A stretch of DNA of 62,596 nt, filler included, from Chiloscyllium plagiosum (taxonomy: Eukaryota): the NCBI RefSeq assembly GCF_004010195.1. It is 4 parts of one record of this genome, joined end to end, with 100 filler letters (N's around TTAATTAATTAA, not from the genome) between each part and the next. Parts side by side here need not be neighbours in the genome. Positions count along the whole stretch, not along the records: positions 1 to 31,909 come from NC_057717.1; positions 32,010 to 39,019 come from NC_057717.1; 2 more parts are not named here. One strand, given 5' to 3'. A program made the position numbers and the translations under genes. Each line of letters starts with the position of its first letter. Within the stretch, counting starts at the first letter, position 1. A model generated the notes under the pieces. The model was not told where the DNA came from. It ran no database searches and saw only the letters and a program-made list of their open reading frames with translations. Shown here one piece after another: positions 23,240 through 35,428 of this stretch.

Positions 23240-24480
23240 TGTGAATTTTCTAAATTTCACTGTGACCCACCTCTCATTCTCTGAAGCGCTAGAGAACATA
23301 GGCCGAGTTTTCTCATCAGGCAATCTCGCTATCTGAGGGATTAATCTGGAACATGCCCATTGCACCTCGTCTGTGGTCAGTATATTCTTTCTGAGATTCG
23401 GTCACGAAAACTGTGCACAATACTCCAGGTACAGTCCCACCAACACGCTGTGAAACTGCTTCAACATGCCTTTACATCAATGTTCTGACTCTCGTATATG
23501 AAGGCGAACCAAACTTTAACTTTCCACTTACATATATTCCTCAGAATACCCTTCATAATCATTGCGTTTACGAACTCATTATTTGAGTTCTTATAGAAAC
23601 CCTTCTGATAATCCAACATATGCCACTTCTAGTGGTTCCCCATTGTCTATGCTGTAAGAAACAACTTCATACAATTCCTAAATTTATCAAGTATGATTTC
23701 ACTATCACAAATGCATGCTAATTCTCCCCATTGTTGCTGTTAATTTCTAAATATCGAACATCTCATGCTGTGTTTTAGATTTCAAAAGTTTCCATACAGA
23801 TGTCAAGTCAATTGGTCTGCAGTTCTTCACGCTATGTCTTTTTTCCCGTTGTAGCTGTTTGGATCCCTTCCATTCATTTAATGTGCTTGGATCACTTTTA
23901 CTAACTTCCATTTATCTACAATGGCTTCCGGTCTCTGCAGAATGTGCAGGAAAATAAAACACAGTCATCGACAGTGCAATTAATACAACTTTGGTGGTTT
24001 ATTTCTGACATTTTGATATGAATTACATCTGTTTCGTCAGACTCCGCAATGGTCAATCCATCTACATGTTCAAGTACTACCTTGTTACTGATATGAATTG
24101 ACTTTATGTCTTTAGCTCCAGAAGGCCGATATGATCACTTGGTATTACTGGGTGATTTTCTGGAACATCCTCCATGAAGACAGACGCAAAGTAACTGGCT
24201 ATTTCTCGCCCATTTCCCCACTCTCCACAATGACCTGCCATCTCCCGTTTACAAATTTCCACATTTGATCTTGGTTTTATTTTGTTTCTTTTGAAATATA
24301 GATTGTAGATTAATGACGTCGTTGTGTTCCTGTTTGTAAGCATGCAGGTTCTCTTTTTGATTTCCTTATCAGTTTCATGGCCCTCCTTTTCTGGATCGTT
24401 AATTTCTGATCATTATCAGGTTTCCACAATATCTGCAATTCTTCTGAAGTCACTTCCTATGATTAATATATTTTTCTAAT
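23240..24480 (-). mobile_element. Highly decayed CR1-type LINE fragments
   Basis: EIASYFASVFMED; ctggagtattgtgcacagttttc motif on the minus strand. Confidence 0.6.
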
Positions 24481-24579
24481 TTGTTATGTTAACCATCATT
24501 GAGTCACTTTCTCACTTTTTGGTGTTTGTACCAGAAATAAATAAACATATTTTTCAGACTTTTCAGTATTTCTAAAATC

Positions 24580-25075
24580 TCCGGGTCCTGACCAGATACA
24601 TTCAGGAACACTGCAGGAGGAGAGAGAAGAATGGTCTGAGTTATAGGGAGAGGTTGGACAAGCTAGTTCTTTTTACTTTTGCGTGTATGAGGCCGAGGGG
24701 TATCTGACAGAAGTGTATAAAATCATAACAGGCATGGACCGAGTGAATGCACTCAGTCTTTTTTCCCAGGGTTGGGCAATCACAGGCTACAGGGAATAAG
24801 TTTATGGACAGAGGGGAAAGATAAAACAGAGCCTGAGGAACAATTGTTTTACCCACAGGCTGGTATATATATGGAATGAGCTGCCAGCAGAAGTTGTTGA
24901 GGTGGGAACATTAACAACATTTAAAAGGTATTTGGATAAAACACGGATAGGGAAGGATTAGAAGCATATGGAGCAATGGCGGTGAAATGGGGTTAGCGCG
25001 GATGGACATTTTGGTCAGAATAGGCTAGTTTGAGCAGAAGAGCATGTCTCCGTGCTGTAGCACTCTATGACTCTA
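24580..25075 (+). mobile_element. CR1/HER1 3' end with tail
   Basis: GLSYRERLDKL...EVYKIITGMDRVN...WNELPAEVVEVGT; tail tgctgtagcactctatgactct. Confidence 0.85.
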
Positions 25076-25754
25076 ACAATCATTGCTTGTCTCACACTGA
25101 ATGTTATGTTCCCAATTCACTGAAGCTAACTTGACCCTCTAGCCTCCAGTCTTCCATGATGTTTAACCAGAATGTTCAATCATTCTATATTGTATACAGG
25201 CACCATGTAAAGTGCACTGTATTAATGCCACAATTCCTGAAACGCTGCTTCAGAGAAAGGTTATAAATTAGCCCGCCTCACCAGACAACAACAAATCCAA
25301 AATAACCTGCTCTCTAGTTTGCTTCACAACATACTCTTCAACCCATCTCATATACACTTACAGAGCAGTCACTTAGCTCATGCAGTTTAGATGCAACTTG
25401 AGACCATCCAATAAGATTGCAGTATCCACAATACTTGCATATCTAATTTCCAGGGCATATGATACTCAGATTTTTCGCAACTGTTTTGGATACTATATTG
25501 GTTCAAACTGACTCCTTCCAGACACCTCACAATTCCCCCACCTACACCGCACTAAGAGTCGGGTCACCAACTCCCACCCTCCCTCCCTCCCTTTCACGCA
25601 ATGCAGGAGAAACAATCTGGAATAGGACAGAAAGGTCCAAGCTGGGTGGTGGAGTGTCCGATATCCGTTCTGTCCATAAAGAACCCACAGATAACTCACT
25701 GCACAGAGGCGCACAGAAATACACAGAAGTATTGGTAAACACCCCAATATAGGA

Positions 25755-26080
25755 ACACACACAATACTTACAAGAAGATAGGCATACACACATGTAGAAA
25801 CACACAGGGACATATACCGTCACATACAAATAGACACAAACATAGATAAGAAACACACAGGATGATACACAGACAGACAGAGGTAGATACACAAACACAC
25901 AGATAACAAGCTCATGGACGCACGCGCGAACACACACACGTATATACACACAGACACATACATACACATACACACTCACAGAGACAGAAATACATGCACA
26001 CACATACACACACATACAGACAGACACGCGCACACAGACAGCCACACAGAGGCACACACATACAGGCACACAGAAGCACA
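25755..26080. repeat. CA-rich degenerate microsatellite
   Basis: Interrupted (CA)n/(CATA)n/(CAGA)n. Confidence 0.9.
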
Positions 26081-26681
26081 GACCCTAGTGTCATTAAGAG
26101 GCAAAACGGTATAGTTTGGATTTGTAAGGGGATCAATGATTCAAGGGAGAAGACAGAAGAATGAAGTTGAGGTGCATACAATAAATTATTGAACGGAACT
26201 TCAGACTCGATGGGGCGAATGGCCTCCTCTGCTCCTTGTTTTAATGTTCTTGTGGTGATATGCTATTAGGTATGCTCTTCCTAAGACAGCAGCAGAGGCT
26301 GAGTTTTATACAAATTTTATTGAAAAGGGTTAGTGGAAATGTGGGACATGTTTGAAATCTGGAATGCTTTTTGTTTATTCCTAATTATTCTGTCCTTATG
26401 TCTGAAAAGAGATGGTGATTTGATGTTAGGTTAGCATAGTTTAAAATAACGGGTCCCACAATGAAATAAGGACATCCCTTTCCTTTTAGTGTTGTGCTCT
26501 CTGTGGTGTCCTCATACTCGGGGAGCAATGAAGACTCGATTATTGAAGATATTCAACGCTGAGCACGACTGATTTTGATAAACAGGAGAGTCAATGTTTA
26601 TTGGGAACAGACAGGAGGCGGATGGTCAGACATACTCGGATCAGCCATAAGCATTCTGAATGGTGCAGCTGAATGGCCAAC

Positions 26682-27300
26682 TGCTGCCCCTACTCCAATG
26701 TGTTATTCCCTCAATCTACCCCACAAGGCTGATGCAGAGATATATTACTCCCCCACCTCATGTTTTGCTCTCTCAATCCACCCCTCGAGGCTGTTGCCGA
26801 GATATACTGCTGCCCCTAAATCATGTGTTGTAGCTTCAATGCACCCGACGAGGCTGTTACAGAGATATACTACTGAACCTAACTCATGTTTTACTCTCTC
26901 AATCCACCCCTCGAGGCTTTTATAGTGATATACTGTTGCCCCTACTCCATGTGTTGTTCCCTCAATCCACCCCTCGAGTCTGTTACAGAGATATATTGCT
27001 GTCCCTACCCCATGCGTTGTTCCCTCAAATCACTCCTCGATGCTGTTACAGATACATGCTACAGCCCCAACCCATGTGTTGTAGCTTCAATGCACCCCAC
27101 GAGACTGTTACAGAGATATACAGCTGCCCCTATCCCATGTGTTGCTCCCTCAATCCACCCCACAAGGCTGATACAGAGATATACTACTCCCCCACCTCAT
27201 GTTTTGCTCTCTCAATCCACCCCTCGAGGCTGTTACACTGATATACTTCTGTCCCTACCCCATGTGTTGTTCTCTCAATCCAACCCTGCATGCTGTTACA
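26682..27300. repeat. 62-63-bp minisatellite, ~10 copies
   Basis: Anchor gagatata (with variants) at 26737, 26799, 26862, 26925, 26988, 27051, 27113; unit ctgctgcccctaccccatgtgttgttccctcaatccacccctcgaggctgttacagagatata. Confidence 0.92.
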
Positions 27301-27489
27301 GGGTAGGGGACCACCTAATTCTGTCAAACAGGATCGTTACAATGAGACAGGAGAAGACCATTCTGCCCCTCGAAGGAGTTACACAGGAATATGGAATTAA
27401 TTAATTCAGCTCGTTGAGTACATTACACAGCCCAGAAGGAGGCCATTCAACTTGCCTGAACTAGTCCACAGGAAATAAAGAATAGAAAT

Positions 27490-28040
27490 AAATGTTTATT
27501 TTCAGGTTGCAAAGCTGTAACTGGTTAGTGAGCAAACATGCAGCGGTAAGAACATTAGATGAGTTGTCTGTTTTGGCGTGAAGGATAAAACAATGGGAAA
27601 CAATTTAAATGAAGAGAGATTGCAGAACTCTGTGATACAGGCAGTTTCCATGTTCCTGTGACATGAATCACACGAAGTCAGTCTGCAGATGCAGCAAGTG
27701 ATTTGGAAGGTAAGTGGAATGGTGCTGTTATTAACAAAGGGTATCAGGATTAATCGCAGGAATGTTTTACTGCATTTGTACAGGGCATTGCTGAAACCAC
27801 ATCTGATTCGCTGCGTGCGTTTTGGATCCCAGAAACTAAAAAAAGGATATAATTCTTTTTGAAGATTTTCAAAGAGGTTTTCCTTTACTCATTCCTGGAA
27901 TGAGGGCCTTTTATTATGGGATAATTATCAGTTTCGAACTTACCTGGGAAATGTTATTGAACCATCCATGACTTTCTAAAAAGTGCATCAGCTTGACGCA
28001 TATTTTCTCTTGTAAGGGAGACTAAAGCTAGAGAATAAAT
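27490..28040 (+). mobile_element. Decayed CR1-type LINE ORF2 fragment
   Basis: ttgtacagggcattgctgaaaccacatctg...gttttggatccc (LYRALVRPHLEYC..FWSP region). Confidence 0.65.
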
Positions 28041-29649
28041 TTTAGGAAAAATATATATTGATATTACCATATGTACTATGAAGACACCTACCAATATTTG
28101 CAAATTACACAAATACATGAAAGCATGTCAATAATTCATAAAGTGGGAGCATTTGTTTGCGATTGAAAGGCGCTGTGTACAACAAGAGCAATGACACACC
28201 TGCCTATAGTCCATAAACCAGAGAACATTTCCAGAGAATGTTATGGAGATCGCATATGTTCCAGTTTGGTGTTCAATTGACATTATTGTATGTTCCAACA
28301 CAGAGAGGGAGAAAACTGTTCCCTGCCTGAGAAGCAGCAGCTTATTGATCACTCTCTCTTACTTTGTTCTGCCCGATAGCAAAATGTGAGACCATAGAAT
28401 CCTGAGTTATCTTTACCACTTGGGAAGGATTCCTGGTGAGGGTTCATTGGAATCTCTTCAATGCCTGAAACAAAGGTAATTCAGCCACATCCAACTGTTT
28501 CAGAAAGAAATTCCATTACCAGCAGCTTGAGTGAGCAGAGTAACTTCAAAGACAGAAACGCTTGGGGCACTCTGTCATGTTACCATTTGTTATGAGTTCA
28601 AATTTCTCTGTCTCACATTTTTCTAGAAAATGACCTACTCTGAGACCGACGTCATTGGCCACATCACTAAATTGGTTGCATTACAAATTTCTTGGAACCA
28701 CTGGAGGAGTGGAACTGGAAAAGGAAACAGTGATCCTCCAACATTGCTTGGAACACAATGAGAAATTCTCAAGGGCTGGTCAAGTGGAAATTCCCCTTCC
28801 CCAGAAGTTTGTGGTGCCTGGATGTTTGCATTTATTCAAACTTGTGTTGTGTTAAAACATTTGACAGACACGTGAATGTAGGAAAATGGTATGCAGAGAG
28901 AAAGGTGCTGCTGAGACGACAATCACATCACCCATGGACTTGGTGAGTGGTAGAGCGGTGACAAAGTGTCTAATGGCCCACTCCTGCTGCTCAGTCCTAT
29001 GTTTCTATCTTCATTCAGCTCCTCACATCTCCTGAAAGTAATAGATGGAGACCACCTGTCCCAACACCTGGTCCACAGTAACACAGGATATAATTCAATC
29101 CCTCAAGACTGTCACACACGGTTTGGTGTGGGTTGGAAAATGTTATTTGCAAAACCAGGCTGGTTTCGAAAGACACCTCTGGTCTCTTTACAGAGTGTCT
29201 CCTCGCTGCAACCTGTGCTTCATTTGTTGGTCATGTTGGAGACCCAGATTCATTATGAATTCAGCGCACATACCTCACCCAGAGATGACTCATAAAATAC
29301 TTTACTCTCTCTGACTGCAACATTCAATAACAGAACGTTCAGGAAAATTGCAATCATTAACTTTGTAATTACAGAATATGAGAACATATGGAGCAAAATT
29401 TGGAAACTCGGACGATCAAGCCATTGTATGCCACCATGGATAATCTATTGTTGGCATTAATTCGTCTTTAATGTCCAAGTCTTCACACACCCATTAGCTC
29501 TCTGACAGGTGAAAATTTTATGTACCACCTTTTTGAATACTTTCAGTGATGTAACTCTCCTCACTCTCTAGCTCAGATAATAGCTGGCATTGATTACCCT
29601 CTATGAGAGGTAAACACTTCCCACACATACACCATGATCTATTGATATG

Positions 29650-30100
29650 AACAAGAGGTGAGTACAGGGGCTCAGGAGGGAGTGAATGGCCTTGATAACA
29701 ATGCAGTATTTGACTAAGGATGGCATCAGGATCACTTACTTATTTGAGCTCAATGGGAATCAGGTGTACCCTCCCCACTGGTTGGGGGCTTTTACAGCAC
29801 AAACGAAGGTGTTTATGGTCGGTGACCGACAATCCTCTCAGTCCTTGGACATCTCTGCAGGAGATCCTCAGGGTCGCTGCCTCAAAACAAACATCTTCAG
29901 CTGGTTTGTCACGGTCTTTTATCATCATAAGATCAGAAATGAGGATGGTCACTGAAGATCACACAATGTTCAGAACAACATGTCACACCTCAGCTCCTGA
30001 ACCAGTCTGTGTCCATGTGCAGTAAGCCCCGGATAGCATTCAGGCTTGTGCTGTTAAAGTGTCGGTTACATTCATGTAACAGCAAGGCCAGACACTCTAC
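29650..30100 (+). mobile_element. L2/CR1-clade LINE RT fragment
   Basis: QSSQSLDISAGDPQGRCLKTNIFSWFV, a decayed AGVPQGSVLGPTIFSCFINDL motif. Confidence 0.6.
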
Positions 30101-31417
30101 ATTTCCACAGTTAAATGAAGAGCTCATTCAGCATCCCAAGCACTTTAGAAACAGATATGTGGAAGCTATTCAACCCATCAAAAATACTGAACAAAGAGAG
30201 GAATATCCGATTCAATCCTGCTGCCTGTTCCACAGGAAGAACAGGGGTCTGGTTACCACATCAAGCTGTTAAACAGGAACATACAGGGCCAGGTCAGACC
30301 CATGAACATGTTCAATGGGACCTGGAGGAGGCCATTCAGCACGTCGAGACACTTATAGAGGAGCAGGAGGGTGTCATTGATGCTGACAAATCAATGTTCC
30401 TCGTGGCTCAATTACCAATGGGACATATAACATTTTAACGTGGTTTGCTGCAGTGAGGAAGGAAGCCAGATGTTTTATGTCAAGTCTCAGAGAGGCATCT
30501 TCCATCTCTGCGAAGACAGACCCATGTTCTCCATGGACGTCAGAAGCTGGTGGGGCTAGTTAACTGTTTTAGAATGAAGGTATTGTGGCTGTTATCGGGA
30601 TTGTGGAAAACATGACGTTCAGTGCAGAATCATACACTGAATGCACTGTATTAATGTGGGGAGAGTTTATTCAAAGACTGACTCTCTGTCTCTCTCTCCA
30701 TAAACATGTGGAGTGGGGTAGGATGAAGGGAACGTCCTCAGAGGCTCTTAGCCTGTTGAGAATCATGTAACCCGAGTAAAAAAAAAGCCATGGAATTTAT
30801 CACCGTATCAGTGCCTGTTTAGAACATCATGAATGACTGTCCATCCCCCTTAAGGTTCAAAACAATCATCTCTTATTCTCTCGCTGAGCTTCACTCACTG
30901 CTCATGGTGCCATCATCCCAGGGATTATTATGGTGAAACTTGAGAGACAGTCTATCCACAGTACCCCAAATACTGCCTCAACAACACTCTCAGGGATGAT
31001 CGCAATAATCTTTTTCTTTCACTTAGACATCGCCGTTTCTTTCCTGTGCTGCAAAAAAGTCATTCCTTTTCTATGCACTACGACTGACATGGAATTTATA
31101 ACTCCCTTACATCTGTACGTTGGCAACAATAAAGCCAACACCAGAGATGCGTATGGAGGTGTGCATCACTCTTGGGGAAAATTTCAATGAGATTGAATTC
31201 ACCTAAAATAGCGGATAATCACCTACCTGAATAGAAATGAGCTGGAGAAATACAGGAAAAAGACAGAGGAAGGGAGCTGTCTTTACTTCTGTTCGTCTCT
31301 CACAAGAGATATGCAGCCCTGGTCAGGGCAGCATGTTATGCAGATCTTGAACTGAGTGTTTGGTTCAGCTATTTCACTGGACAGTGAAGGGTAAAGCATA
31401 TTCCTGTGGGGTTGTAA

Positions 31418-31909
31418 TGTTACAACATAGGATAAATGCTCCTGCCTAATTTAAAACTAGCAACAGAGAAAAGATTTATCCACTGCAATAGCCTGTGATA
31501 AATCTAGAGTCCAATACTATTTAAAGTAAAAATTGACAACTATATTTCAGAAATTTTAACAGGGGATAATAGACGAATGAGTATTTACAACTTTTTCCTC
31601 TAACCTATCTTTTACCTCCGCCCCCGCCCCGACTATACTAGTCCGATTTGACTCCTAATTAAGATTTACAAACCAAAACCTATTTTCTCAAAACCAAGCA
31701 GCTTTCGGTTCTTCTCCATATTCCTGTCTTCTTTTCTTCTCTGGGATTCTGCATAACCAGTTACTATTCAATAAAGATACCGAGAGGAGAGCTATTTTTC
31801 CAACAGTCTTTGCATGCTAGTAAATTGACAGTTCTCCTCTCAATTGTTCAATTTCCCACGGTCTTATACCCCCAAAGCATCAGATTGTGTCATTGGCTTT
31901 TAAGATTGT
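31418..31909 (-). mobile_element. Probable LTR, truncated by gap
   Basis: Begins TGTTACAACA (reverse complement of a ...TGTTGTAACA LTR terminus), followed by non-coding LTR-like sequence. Confidence 0.5.
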
Positions 31910-32009
31910 NNNNNNNNNNNNNNNNNNNNNNNNNNNNNNNNNNNNNNNNNNNNTTAATTAATTAANNNNNNNNNNNNNNNNNNNNNNNNNNNNNNNNNNN
32001 NNNNNNNNN
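31910..32009. other. 100-bp scaffold spacer (44N-TTAATTAATTAA-44N)
   Basis: Identical constructs at 39020-39119 and 59530-59629; artificial six-frame stop linker. Confidence 0.95.
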
Positions 32010-33140
32010 CACAGCCCAGGCAAGGGAAGAGGTTGAGAAGGAGAGTCCAATGATTGTAGATGGCTATTCTTGATGTGTATTAGCAATACCAATGTCACAT
32101 GAATAACTAATGTAAAACAAACCCAAACTCTGCAACTAACATCCCCATTCCTTGAACCATCCTGGGAAATCTCGTGCCCTCACTCAGAGGCCCTGCCAAT
32201 TTGTGGGGGATCTCTGGTTTGCAAGGACCCAGCTGCTCTGTATTCCTGTGGGTGATGTCATCATAGAGCAATAGTTGCATTAAACCTCACTGTCTGTAAA
32301 GGTAGGAGACGTAGACGTCTCAATTTCATTTAAGATGTATTTAAAGACACATTGCAATGCCAAGGTTGACAGATCTATGGGCTAAGTGCTGGAAAATGGG
32401 ATTAGAATAGTTAGTTGGAAGATTTCTTTACAGTACAGATCCGATCGACCACAGAGCCTTTTCCTGTCCTGTGGACCTCCGAGGCACTTCTTATCGGAAT
32501 ATGACAAGCCACATTAGAAACCAGGTCAGAGAGTCAGATATTCGAATAGATGGTACATGATTGATTCATGTTTTTGGGAGGAAAATGAAACAGTGAGTTT
32601 AAACGTGACATTACGGAGCTCAGGGAGCAGGAATATGTAATAAAAATTGGCTATGCTCAAAGCTGGAATTAGAGAGAGGCACATATCACAGAGATTTGTG
32701 AGGGTGGACAAGCTTAGAGATAGGGAGGGTGATGAGACTGGAGGAGATTGGAGGATGTTAGAGATTGAGGTTTTTGTGATACCAGAGGTAGTGAGGGTTC
32801 TGAGGCAGGAGAGGAATTGCAGAGATAAGAAAGAGTTGTGAAACTGAATGAGGTGACAGTGATCGGGAGATTTGTGAGGATGGAGGAATTCAGAGATAGC
32901 GAGAGTTAGAGTCATAATGTTATACAGCAAGGAAACACACCCTGTGGTCCAACCAATCCATATCGACCGGAATTCCAAACTAAACTAATCTCACCTGCCT
33001 CCGCTTGTATAATTATAACAATTATAATTGTAGTTACAGATACCACTTCCCCTGGAAGTTCATTCCACGTGTGTAATAATAAAAAAAATCCTTATTGTCT
33101 TTTTCAAACCTTTCTCATCTCTTCTCAAAAAGAATGCACC
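32010..33140 (+). repeat. Near-identical duplicate of 39898-41030
   Basis: Collinear over ~1.13 kb with roughly 15-20 differences seen by eye. Confidence 0.95.
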
Positions 33141-33640
33141 CTAGTCTGGAATTCGCCTCTCCTCCAGCCACACACCATATCTACACTGTTCACGATTTTA
33201 TAAACCTGTAATAAGATCAAACCCTCAACCTCCTATCTTCTAGTGAAAGAAATCCCAACCGATCCAACCTCTCCAGATAACAAAATTCCTCCGTTCCCAT
33301 CACCATCCTGGGAAATCTCTTCTGAACTTCCTCCGATTTAATAATGTCCTTCCTATAACAGCACAACCAGAACTGGACACAGAATTCCAGAAGAGGCCTC
33401 CCCAACATCCTGTACAACCTCAACATTACGTCTCAACCCCGAGACTGAAAGGTGTTAGCAATGAAGGTAAATGTACGAAACACTTTTTTTTTTACCACCC
33501 TGTCTACATGTGACACAAATTTCAAAGACCTGAACCCTTAGGGTTTTTTTTTTGTTTTATATCACTACTCAAGGCCTACTTTAAATTAGTGTAAGTCCTG
33601 CCTTAGTTTGTTTTATCAAAATGTAATATATTGAATTATT
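33040..33640 (-). mobile_element. CR1-type LINE 3' fragment
   Basis: MLRLYRMLGRPLLEFCVQFW...YRKDIIKSEEVQKRFPRM...ERLDRLG. Confidence 0.85.
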
Positions 33641-33757
33641 CCAATTCAAAAATCTGAAAACTCCTTAGAATGTAAAGTCAATCGGAGTGCACTTAACAGG
33701 GAAATCAGGAGGGCAAAAAGGGGGAACGAGGTAACTTTGCCGAATAGGGTTAAGGAT

Positions 33758-34086
33758 TAGTGTGTAGCTATACTTGCTGAGCTGTAGGTTTGATATCCAG
33801 ACATTCCATTACCTGGCTAGGTAACAACATCAGTGGCGACCTCCAAGTAAGCAAAGCTGTTGTCTCCTGCTTTCTATTTATATGCTTGTCCTGGATGTGG
33901 TTCCTGGGGTATGTGGTGATGTCATTTCCTGTTCGTTTTCTGAGGGGTTCATAGATGGTATCGAGGTCTATGTGCCTGTTTATGGCATTGTGGTTAGAGT
34001 GCCAGGCCTCTAGGAAATCTCTGGCATGTCTTTGCATAGCCTATCCCAGGATAGACGTGTTGTCCCAGTCGAATAACAAACGTTGC
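33758..34086 (-). mobile_element. Penelope-like element 3' fragment (GIY-YIG-region C-terminus plus terminal repeat)
   Basis: FDWDNTSILG...QRHARDFLEAWHSNHNAINRHIDLDTIY; hammerhead-like ccaCTGATGTtgttacctagccaggtaatGGAATGTCtgg; TSD agggt(t/a)aaggat at 33746-33757 and 34087-34098. Confidence 0.8.
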
Positions 34087-35092
34087 AGGGTAAAGGATAA
34101 TCCGAAGGGTTTTTATAAATACGTTAAAAACAAAAAGCTAACTAGGGAGAGAATAGGGCCCCTCTAAGATCAACAAGGCAGCCCATGTGTAGAGCTGCAA
34201 GCGCTGGGGGAGATATTAAACGAGTATTTTGCATCAGTGTTTACTGTGGAGAAGGACATGGAAGATGTAGAATCTGGAGAAATCGATGGTGACATCCTGA
34301 GAAATGTCCATAATACAGAGGAGGACGTGCTGGATGTCTTGAAATGCATAAAGGTGGATAAAGCCCCAGGACATGATCAGGTGTACCCTGAAAATTCTGT
34401 GGGAAGCTATTCACGTAATTGCTGGGCCTGTTGCTGAGAAATTAGTGAGGTGCCAGAAGGCTACAGGTTGGTTAATGTGGTGTTATTGTTTAAGGAAGGC
34501 AGGTAGGACATACCAGGGAACCTTAGACCGGTGACCCTGACATCGGTGCTGCGCACTTTGTTGGAGGGAATCCTGAGAGATAGGATGTACGTGTATTTGG
34601 AAAGGCAAGGACTGATTAGGGATATTCAACATGGGTAATCGCATCTCACAAACCTGATTGTGTTTACTGAAGAGTAGCAAAGAGGATTGATGGACCCATG
34701 CGATGGATGTGATCTATATGGACTTCAATAAGGACTTCGACAAGGTTCCCCATGGGAGACTGTTTAGGAAGGTTAGATCTCACGGAATACACGGTGAACT
34801 GGCCATTTGGATATTGAACTGGTTCAAAGGTAGAAGACAAAGGGTGATGGTGGAGGGTTGTTTTTCAGAAAGAAGGCCTGTAACCGTGTGTGCCACAAGG
34901 GTTGGTGCAGGGTCCACTACTTTTCGTCATTTATATAAATGATTTGGACGGTTAATATAGGAGATACAGTTAGTAAGTTTGCAGATGGCACCATAATTGC
35001 AGGTGTAGTGGACAATAAAGAAGGTTTCCTCTGTTTACAACTGGGTCTTGATCAGATGGGTCAATCGGCCGAGGAGTGGCAGATGAAGTTTA

Positions 35093-35428
35093 GATTAGAT
35101 TAGATTACTTACAATGTGGAAACAGGCCCTTCGGCCCAACAAGTCCACACCGCCCCGCCGAAGCGCAACCCACCCATACCCCTACCCCTACACTTACTAT
35201 TTACATTTTAACCCTTACCTAACACTACGGGCAATTTAGCATGGCCAATTCACCTGACCTGCACATCTTTGGACTGTGGGAGGAAACCGGAGCACCCGGA
35301 GGAAACCCACGCAGACACGGGGAGAACGTGCAAACTCCACACAGTCAGTCGCCTGAGGCGGGTATTGAACCCGGGTCTCTGGCGCTGTGAGGCAGCAGTG
35401 CTGACCATTGTGCCACCGTGCCGCCCAC
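35093..35428 (-). mobile_element. HE1 SINE, full-length and little decayed
   Basis: Head gggcggcacggtggcacaatggtcagcactgctgcctcacagcgcc, B-box ggttcaatacc, (aatct)n tail; TSD aagttta at 35086-35092 and 35429-35435. Confidence 0.95.

Noticed and set aside
25493..27404. Val/Cys-rich and CCPY-repeat ORFs
   Set aside because: Translations of the CA microsatellite and the 63-bp minisatellite.
31954..31965. TTAATTAATTAA palindrome, also at 39064 and 59574
   Set aside because: Centred in identical 100-bp N spacers; an artificial scaffolding linker.
32526..32978. 150-aa ORF conserved in two copies (also 40416-40868)
   Set aside because: Conservation reflects the near-identical duplication; non-ATG start, no recognisable domain, likely decayed repeat sequence.
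35340..35428. tRNA-like sequence with A and B boxes
   Set aside because: It is the tRNA-derived head of an HE1 SINE, not a tRNA gene.
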